Notes under the pieces: generated by a model
What the model was told of the DNA's origin: nothing
The model's input: only the letters and a program-made list of their open reading frames with translations
The model's database searches: none
Position numbers and translations under genes: made by a program
Source: Vibrio vulnificus CMCP6
Lineage (GTDB): Bacteria > Pseudomonadota > Gammaproteobacteria > Enterobacterales > Vibrionaceae
Direction: 5' to 3'
Length of the DNA stretch: 32,000 nucleotides
Assembly (NCBI RefSeq): GCF_000039765.1
Contig: NC_004459.3
Span: 1,500,001-1,532,000, forward strand
Part shown: positions 26,548-32,000 of the stretch, one piece after another
How positions within the stretch are numbered: the stretch's first letter is position 1
How the letters are laid out: the number at the start of each line of letters is the position of its first letter

Positions 26548-27060
26548 TTACTTTTGGTGGGTTGGGAATGTGCCTAGCTCACTAGAACGACAAATGTCAG
26601 CCCAGATGGGGGGGCTGAGTTGAGCTAGGCTTGTTAACGATAAAGCCACTCCTGCCATATTGTTTCCGCTGCTGATGGTGACCATCGACTCCGCTTGGAG
26701 TGCATGGTCAAAGACAATCGGCATAGGGGTTTTCAGTAACAGGGGAGTCACGGTGCCCAGTTGATATCCTGTAATTGCATAAATTTGCGAACTGTCAACA
26801 CAGGTCATGCGCCGATAATCCATTAATGCTCTGACTTTTTTCGGATCAACAGCGCGATCGCCTGGTGCACACGCCAGTACATAGCGATCACTCATATCAC
26901 GCAGCAAAATGCATTTGACCATTTGCGCAGGACGAATCCCCCGCTGTTTGGCTGCATCTTCGATGGTGGTTGCTGGTGTTTGATGAGGCAACAGACGATA
27001 GGGCACCTGTTGCTCATCAAGATAGCGGGTCAATGCTGTGGACAAATCACTATTCGTCAT
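26548..27060 (-). CDS. YbaK/ProX-type aminoacyl-tRNA editing (deacylase) domain protein
   Basis: 170 aa from the ATG at 27060. It has the YbaK-like pattern (VKCILL, ITGYQLGTVTPLL, ISSGN). The start overlaps the ygfZ stop by 11 nt. The ORF track start at 27102 would lie inside ygfZ. Confidence 0.7.
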   Translation of the reverse strand: MTNSDLSTALTRYLDEQQVPYRLLPHQTPATTIEDAAKQRGIRPAQMVKCILLRDMSDRYVLACAPGDRAVDPKKVRALMDYRRMTCVDSSQIYAITGYQLGTVTPLLLKTPMPIVFDHALQAESMVTISSGNNMAGVALSLTSLAQLSPPIWADICRSSELGTFPTHQK

Positions 27061-28024
27061 CGAGGGAATACGGTAGGGGCTCTCGTTGCCACAATTGCTC
27101 ACTTTGACCTGCTAGGCGAAATTGCGTCTCGGGCTCCAGATCATTTGGTAGCACAAAGAGTCCGGTCGCGCGCCCATCATCAAAGTGATAACTCACCAAC
27201 GCTTCACCAGCCGCGCGCCAGTTATCGCCCACACTGCGTTCCAAGCTGATCGTTGTCTCTGGTGCTGATGGTGCTATGGTGCCAGAGAGTCGATACAGAG
27301 CTCGCTTGTTGATGCCACGATATTTGGCTCGTGCAACGGTCTCTTGGCCTGTGTAGCAGCCCTTTTTAAAGCTGATGCCATTCACCGCCTGCAAATTTAC
27401 CGCTTGAGGAATGTGCTCATTTTGGGCAAAAGCAGGGATGCGTGGAGCGACTTCTAGGATATCGTAAAGATCCCAAAGAGCGTGGTCACACAACGGCGCT
27501 GTCGCCAACATGGCAAGCACTTCATCTTGTTGGTTTGCATCTACGACCAATAACCAGCGCTGTGGTGAGATCTTTACCGCTGTCCCTTGGGCAAAGGTTA
27601 CCACTGCCGCCTCTGCATTGTTGGTCAGTTTCGCGATGGCTTGTTCCGCTTGTACACCGCAAACGCCCAGCAAGATGGCATCGCTAACATTGATTTCAAC
27701 CTTGGCAAAGACGGCGTATTTTTTGAGTTCACGCAACTCCACGTCAATGGCTGACTTATCTTGCAACATTGCGTAGCCGTCGGCGTAATGAAACAGACGG
27801 AAGACACTCCACAGCTTGCCTTTTGCATCGCAGTGGCCGCCCCAAGTCACTTGATCCGTTTCTAAAGAAACGACGTCGCAAGTCACCTGACCTTGAAGGT
27901 ACGATTTTTTATCGTTACCTGTCATGGTAATCAGACCAAGATTATCTAATAAGCTGACGGCGAGCTCTGGTAACGCTTGTTGGCTGCCAAGTACGCATCG
28001 TTGGATTGGTTGAGTCGATTGCAT
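27050..28024 (-). CDS. ygfZ: Folate-binding protein YgfZ (tRNA-modifying / Fe-S cluster repair)
   Basis: It has the C-terminal signature KGCYTGQETVARAKYRG and the ending PLPYSLDDE as in E. coli YgfZ. The ATG at 28024 (MQSTQPIQ...) fits the homolog length. The upstream extension to 28081 is unsupported. Confidence 0.9.
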   Translation of the reverse strand: MQSTQPIQRCVLGSQQALPELAVSLLDNLGLITMTGNDKKSYLQGQVTCDVVSLETDQVTWGGHCDAKGKLWSVFRLFHYADGYAMLQDKSAIDVELRELKKYAVFAKVEINVSDAILLGVCGVQAEQAIAKLTNNAEAAVVTFAQGTAVKISPQRWLLVVDANQQDEVLAMLATAPLCDHALWDLYDILEVAPRIPAFAQNEHIPQAVNLQAVNGISFKKGCYTGQETVARAKYRGINKRALYRLSGTIAPSAPETTISLERSVGDNWRAAGEALVSYHFDDGRATGLFVLPNDLEPETQFRLAGQSEQLWQREPLPYSLDDE

Positions 28025-28220
28025 GTTATTCGCTATCCATAAAGTCGATTTATTGAGGTATGTTAATCTGCAAGTGACCATTTGTCAGCAGAGGAAATGT
28101 AGGGGCTTCCCTTTGTTGAGATGCGATTGCTACTCAGTTTGTGACATATCTACTAGTGGCAAATCGGTAGCCTTGTTACACTCCGCGCTAAATTATAAAT
28201 ACTTTGGTGGGGAATAGCCG

Positions 28221-28481
28221 ATGTACACTACAGAAGAAAAAGCACGTATCCGCTGGGCATGTCGCCGTGGCATGTTAGAGCTGGACGTGGTTGTTATGCC
28301 TTTTTTTGAAGAGTGTTTTGAGAAGCTCAGCGAACAAGAACAACGTGACTTCGTCTCTTTATTGGAGTGCGATGATCCCGATTTGTTTACTTGGGTGATG
28401 GGGCATGGACGAAGTGAGAATCTTGGTCATGCGTCAATGGTAGATAAAATTGTCGCACACAACCTCAGTAAGGTTCGTTAA
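28221..28481 (+). CDS. sdhE: FAD assembly factor SdhE (YgfY/CptB)
   Basis: 86 aa with the RGxxE motif (CRRGMLELD) and DxDL(F/Y)xW. It is divergent from ygfZ as in E. coli. Confidence 0.92.
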   Translation: MYTTEEKARIRWACRRGMLELDVVVMPFFEECFEKLSEQEQRDFVSLLECDDPDLFTWVMGHGRSENLGHASMVDKIVAHNLSKVR

Positions 28482-28881
28482 CCTTAATCTCAATGACTCT
28501 CGTGGCGCTCGGATGGTTGATGGCTTGATTGCTATCAGCATCATCTGGGCGTTACTTTTTTCTCCCTTTCCGCTTGTTGTCGTAGTCGCCCTGTTTTACC
28601 CCCTCTATCAATTTCAAACCATACATGGTTTCTGTTATCCCGCATGGCAAGGTGCGGTGTCTGTAAACGCTTCTGGGGCCATTAAATATCAACGGCAGGT
28701 TGAGCATATCCACTCATTGAGTTTGTTGTTTTATTGGTGGTTTGTTTCAATAAAGCTGGCCAATGGGCGGCGCTATTTGATTTGGCGAGATAGCTGTCAG
28801 GATTCGGATTATCGACAGTTGATGATTGTGCTAAAACAGTGGCAACAAAAAGGGGAACTGAATTCGTTCCCCAAGTCATAA
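28450..28881 (+). CDS. ygfX: Inner-membrane protein YgfX (CptA-like, DUF1434)
   Basis: It has two N-terminal hydrophobic helices and a basic C-terminal half (RRYLIWRDS...). Its position after sdhE matches E. coli. The start is uncertain. It is either the TTG at 28450, overlapping sdhE by 32 nt, or the ATG at 28513. Confidence 0.6.
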   Translation: MSHTTSVRFVNLNLNDSRGARMVDGLIAISIIWALLFSPFPLVVVVALFYPLYQFQTIHGFCYPAWQGAVSVNASGAIKYQRQVEHIHSLSLLFYWWFVSIKLANGRRYLIWRDSCQDSDYRQLMIVLKQWQQKGELNSFPKS

Positions 28882-28908
28882 AAAAAGATGAACAGTGATA
28901 AAAGTGGT

Positions 28909-30516
28909 TTACTCTTCTGGGCGCAAAATCGTCGGGCCACTGTTTTCAAGTTGCTCAGGGTAATCGAGTGTGTAGTGTAAACCGCGGCTCTCTTTCCTTT
29001 GCATCGCACAACGAACCATCAGCTCTGCGACTTGCAGTAAGTTACGCAGCTCCAATAAGTTATTGGATACGCGGAAGTTACTGTAGTATTCATGCGTCTC
29101 TTGTTGCAACATTTGAATGCGACGCAGTGCACGCTCAAGGCGCTTGTCAGTGCGTACAATACCCATGTAATCCCACATAAACAGTCGCAGCTCATGCCAG
29201 TTGTGTTGGATGATCACTTCTTCATCACTGCAGGTCACTTGGCTTTCGTCCCAGCTTGGTAAGCTGGACGCTAAGTCGACTTGTTTGTGTTTTTTCAAAA
29301 TGTCTTTTGCTGCCGCCCATGCATAAACCACACACTCCAACAAGGAATTTGAAGCCATACGGTTTGCTCCGTGTAGGCCAGTGTAGCTCACTTCGCCGAT
29401 GGCATAGAGATTGTGCAAATCTGTTTGCCCATTGGTATCGACCATCACACCGCCACAGGTGTAATGTGCGGCCGGAACGATGGGGATCGGCTCTTTGGTC
29501 ATATCAATGCCCAAATCCATCAGACGTGAGTGGATCATTGGGAAGTGTTTGGTAATGAACTCAGCGGGTTTGTGGCTGATATCAAGGTACATGCAGTCAG
29601 CGCCAAGACGTTTCATTTCGAAGTCAATTGCTCGTGCCACGACATCACGAGGAGCCAGCTCTTCACGCGGGTCAAAATCGGGCATGAAGCGTGAACCATC
29701 CGGACGACGTAAATAGGCGCCTTCACCACGTAATGCTTCTGTCAGGAGGAAGTTGCGAGCTTCTGGGTGGTATAAACAGGTTGGGTGGAATTGGTTAAAT
29801 TCCATATTGGCCACGCGACATCCTGCGCGCCAAGCAATCGCAATACCATCACCAGAAGAAACATCTGGGTTGGAGGTGTACTGATAAACTTTTGATGCGC
29901 CACCGGTCGCGAGCACGACAAACTTCGCCTTAACGGTTTCCACATGCTCTTGATTTCGGTTCCAGACGTACGCGCCGATCACTTTATTTTTATCGCCGCC
30001 AATTTTGTCTTCGGTGATCAAGTCGAGGGCATTATGACGCTCTAAAACATGAATATTAGGATGGTTGTGAGCATTGTCTTGCAGCGAGGTTTGCATCGCC
30101 ATGCCTGTGGCATCGGCTGCGTGCAAAATACGGCGATGGCTATGGCCGCCTTCGCGGGTTAAGTGATAACGCGGTTCGTCATCAGAGTCGTCCTCTTCAC
30201 GATCAAAGGGCACACCGCCATCAATTAACCATTGCACACACTCTTTGGCGTTTTCAGCGATGAACTTCACCGTTGCTTCTTCACAGATGCCGTCTCCGGC
30301 GATCAGAGTGTCTTGAACGTGTGACTCAATACTGTCTGATTCATCGAATACCGCAGCGATACCACCTTGAGCATAGTAGGTTGCTCCCTCGCTACGAGGT
30401 CCTTTACTTAACACGATAACTTTGCAGTGATTGGCGACGCGCAAGGCCAACGACAAGCCAGCAGCTCCGCTGCCCACCACTAACACATCACATTCATGTT
30501 CACGGTTTGCGTTCAT
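28909..30516 (-). CDS. nadB: L-aspartate oxidase
   Basis: Colinear with E. coli NadB from [26 protein letters not shown]. The ATG at 30516 was chosen by homology. The ORF track start at 30555 is a GTG with no SD and no homology support. Confidence 0.95.
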   Translation of the reverse strand: MNANREHECDVLVVGSGAAGLSLALRVANHCKVIVLSKGPRSEGATYYAQGGIAAVFDESDSIESHVQDTLIAGDGICEEATVKFIAENAKECVQWLIDGGVPFDREEDDSDDEPRYHLTREGGHSHRRILHAADATGMAMQTSLQDNAHNHPNIHVLERHNALDLITEDKIGGDKNKVIGAYVWNRNQEHVETVKAKFVVLATGGASKVYQYTSNPDVSSGDGIAIAWRAGCRVANMEFNQFHPTCLYHPEARNFLLTEALRGEGAYLRRPDGSRFMPDFDPREELAPRDVVARAIDFEMKRLGADCMYLDISHKPAEFITKHFPMIHSRLMDLGIDMTKEPIPIVPAAHYTCGGVMVDTNGQTDLHNLYAIGEVSYTGLHGANRMASNSLLECVVYAWAAAKDILKKHKQVDLASSLPSWDESQVTCSDEEVIIQHNWHELRLFMWDYMGIVRTDKRLERALRRIQMLQQETHEYYSNFRVSNNLLELRNLLQVAELMVRCAMQRKESRGLHYTLDYPEQLENSGPTILRPEE

Positions 30517-30593
30517 AAAATTTTCAAAATCCCGGTCTAAAGTGAATGAGTTCACTTTGTATAAATCCGCACATCATGTGCTTCCAGTACACG

Positions 30594-30616
30594 CAAAAAC
30601 GCCGATTTACATCGGC
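30594..30616 (-). terminator. Compact terminator-like hairpin on the nadB strand, upstream of nadB
   Basis: On the minus strand the sequence is GCCGAT-GTAA-ATCGGC (a GNRA loop) followed by G-TTTTT. It lies 78 nt upstream of the nadB ATG. Confidence 0.45.
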
Positions 30617-30739
30617 TAGAAAGGCAATCTGAGATTAATGCCATTGCTTTTCTCACTCCATCCCTCCAAAATCAGCGACAGAGAGTGTTTATTACATCAC
30701 ATTGCGCCTCAATAATTGACAAAAAATTTCACTTAAGTG

Positions 30740-30767
30740 GGAACTTTCTTGATTGGCGCGAGTCACA
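30740..30767 (+). promoter_or_regulatory. Sigma-E-dependent promoter of rpoE (autoregulated P2-type)
   Basis: GGAACTT (30740-30746), a 16-nt spacer, then TCACA (30763-30767). This matches the sigma-E consensus GGAACTT-N16-TCnaA and lies about 100 nt upstream of the rpoE ATG. Confidence 0.65.
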
Positions 30768-30866
30768 ATAGTGCTCAAGTAAGCAGTGGTGTCAATACTA
30801 CATTTTGCATAATTATTGCCCATATCTGAGATATGTGGAGCATAACGAATAGGAGTATCCGCTCGA

Positions 30867-31445
30867 ATGAACGAGCAGTTGACCGATCAAGTATTGATTG
30901 AGCGAGTTCAGAGTGGCGATAAGCAAGCATTCAATCTTTTGGTGGTGAAGTACCAAAACAAAGTCTGCAATCTTATTTCCCGATACGTTAGTAATCCTGG
31001 TGATGTCCCTGATGTAGCGCAGGAGGCTTTTATTAAAGCTTACCGAGCTATTCCAAGTTTTCGTGGCGAAAGTGCCTTCTATACTTGGTTGTATCGCATC
31101 GCAGTGAATACGGCGAAAAACCACATTGTTGCCCAGAGCCGTAGGCCACCCGCCAGTGATGTGGATGCTGATGAAGCTGAATTATATGAGACAGGTAACG
31201 CTTTGAAAGAAATTTCGAACCCTGAGAACCTCACGTTGTCCAATGAGTTGAAGCAAGTGGTTTTTAGTGCGATCAATGCGTTACCAGAAGATTTAAAAAC
31301 AGCAATGACTCTACGAGAGCTTGATGGCTTGAGCTATGAGGAAATTGCAGAAGTAATGGATTGCCCTGTAGGAACGGTACGTTCGCGTATCTTCCGTGCT
31401 CGTGAGGCGGTGGAAAAGAAAATTCAACCTCTTTTGCAACGCTAG
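30867..31445 (+). CDS. rpoE: ECF sigma factor RpoE (sigma-24)
   Basis: 192 aa, nearly colinear with E. coli RpoE (DQVLIERVQSGDKQAFNLLVVKYQ...). AGGAG lies upstream of the ATG. Confidence 0.97.
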   Translation: MNEQLTDQVLIERVQSGDKQAFNLLVVKYQNKVCNLISRYVSNPGDVPDVAQEAFIKAYRAIPSFRGESAFYTWLYRIAVNTAKNHIVAQSRRPPASDVDADEAELYETGNALKEISNPENLTLSNELKQVVFSAINALPEDLKTAMTLRELDGLSYEEIAEVMDCPVGTVRSRIFRAREAVEKKIQPLLQR

Positions 31446-31472
31446 TACCAGTAACAACAATGGTGAATTAGA

Positions 31473-32000
31473 ATGGCTGACAAAGAAAAGCTTTCGGCGC
31501 TCATGGATGGCGAAATTGTCGATAAGGCTTTGATCAAAGAGATCGCTCAAGACGATGACGTTTTGGCCTCTTGGCGCAATTACCACTTAATCGGTGATGT
31601 TATGCGTGGTGAAGCACCACAACAGCCCGAGTGGAATATTGCTGAAAGTGTCGCACTAGCGTTGGAAAACGAACCCGCGCACAGTTTACATCAGCAAAAA
31701 GTCATTGAGCTTACTCAGATGCCTCCAGAGTCACAACCTTTGCCACAACAGGCAAGAAGGCAGTTACCAACGTGGTTGTCTCAGTTTGGCCAAGTCGCGG
31801 TTGCGGCGTGTGTGTCCCTTGCGGTCATCCTTGGCGTGCAACAATACGGTGGCAGTGATCCCGCGGCGCCTCAAGCGGATCAATTACCTGTGTTGCAGAC
31901 AATTCCGTTTGCCGGCAGTGCTGAGCCAGTGAGTTTGACGCGTGAATCGGTCGAAAAATCGATGAGCGAATCGTCAATTCAAGAGCAGCGTAAACGCGTT
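31473..32000 (+). CDS. rseA: Anti-sigma-E factor RseA, 3' end cut by the window edge
   Basis: It is absent from the ORF track because no stop falls in the window. The ATG at 31473 opens a frame that runs to position 32000. The N-terminus MADKEKLSALMDGE...SWRNYHLIGDVMRG matches the conserved RseA N-terminal domain. It directly follows rpoE. Confidence 0.88.
   Translation, partial: MADKEKLSALMDGEIVDKALIKEIAQDDDVLASWRNYHLIGDVMRGEAPQQPEWNIAESVALALENEPAHSLHQQKVIELTQMPPESQPLPQQARRQLPTWLSQFGQVAVAACVSLAVILGVQQYGGSDPAAPQADQLPVLQTIPFAGSAEPVSLTRESVEKSMSESSIQEQRKRV

Noticed and set aside
1-32000. I scanned the whole window for CRISPR arrays, IS or transposase genes, integrases, phage genes, tRNA/rRNA genes, long direct or tandem repeats and known defence-system genes.
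   Set aside because: I found none. All ORFs over 200 aa have confident housekeeping assignments except the HExxH lipoprotein and the DUF2189-like membrane protein. I saw no obvious shift in base composition suggesting an island, though I did not compute GC content.

Overview
The window is a gene-dense stretch of housekeeping genes from a Vibrionaceae chromosome. Protein sequences and codon usage look like Vibrio, and the endonuclease I resembles Vvn of V. vulnificus, but the species cannot be confirmed without a search. Gene content and order largely match the E. coli 63-66 min region, plus nadB-rpoE-rseA. In window order the genes are: pilU (5' partial), ruvX/yqgF, yqgE, gshB, rsmE, a HExxH lipoprotein, endA, sprT, a DUF2189-like membrane protein, metK, tkt, a small zinc-ribbon protein, epd-pgk-fbaA, mscS, argO, argP, yggE, serA, rpiA, ygfA, 6S RNA (ssrS), zapA, ygfB, ubiH, ubiI, a ytfK-like small protein, a YbaK-like deacylase, ygfZ, sdhE, ygfX, nadB, rpoE and rseA (3' partial). 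Most convergent or operon-end gaps carry clear Rho-independent terminators. I found no transposase, integrase, phage gene, CRISPR array, tRNA/rRNA gene or recognisable defence or toxin cassette, and no multi-gene novel system that I can support. The points most worth follow-up are non-coding. (1) The 588-bp gene-free gap at 25960-26547 has an orphan strong terminator, hairpins, a duplicated 8-mer and a thrice-repeated heptamer TAGTCAC, which suggests an sRNA or 3'UTR-derived RNA. (2) The nadB-rpoE intergenic region has an extended -10 element followed about 90 nt later by an intrinsic terminator on the nadB strand, which suggests a divergent sRNA or a nadB leader attenuator. (3) A shared GCAAACGTTTGC palindrome (LacI-family, PurR-like) lies upstream of tkt and fbaA. 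(4) Several hairpins could sequester ribosome-binding sites, at endA, sprT and yggE. The genes that break E. coli synteny (lipoprotein, DUF2189 protein, zinc-ribbon protein, YbaK-like protein) are the only protein-level items of moderate interest. All regulatory and RNA calls other than 6S RNA and the terminators are hypotheses from reading the sequence.
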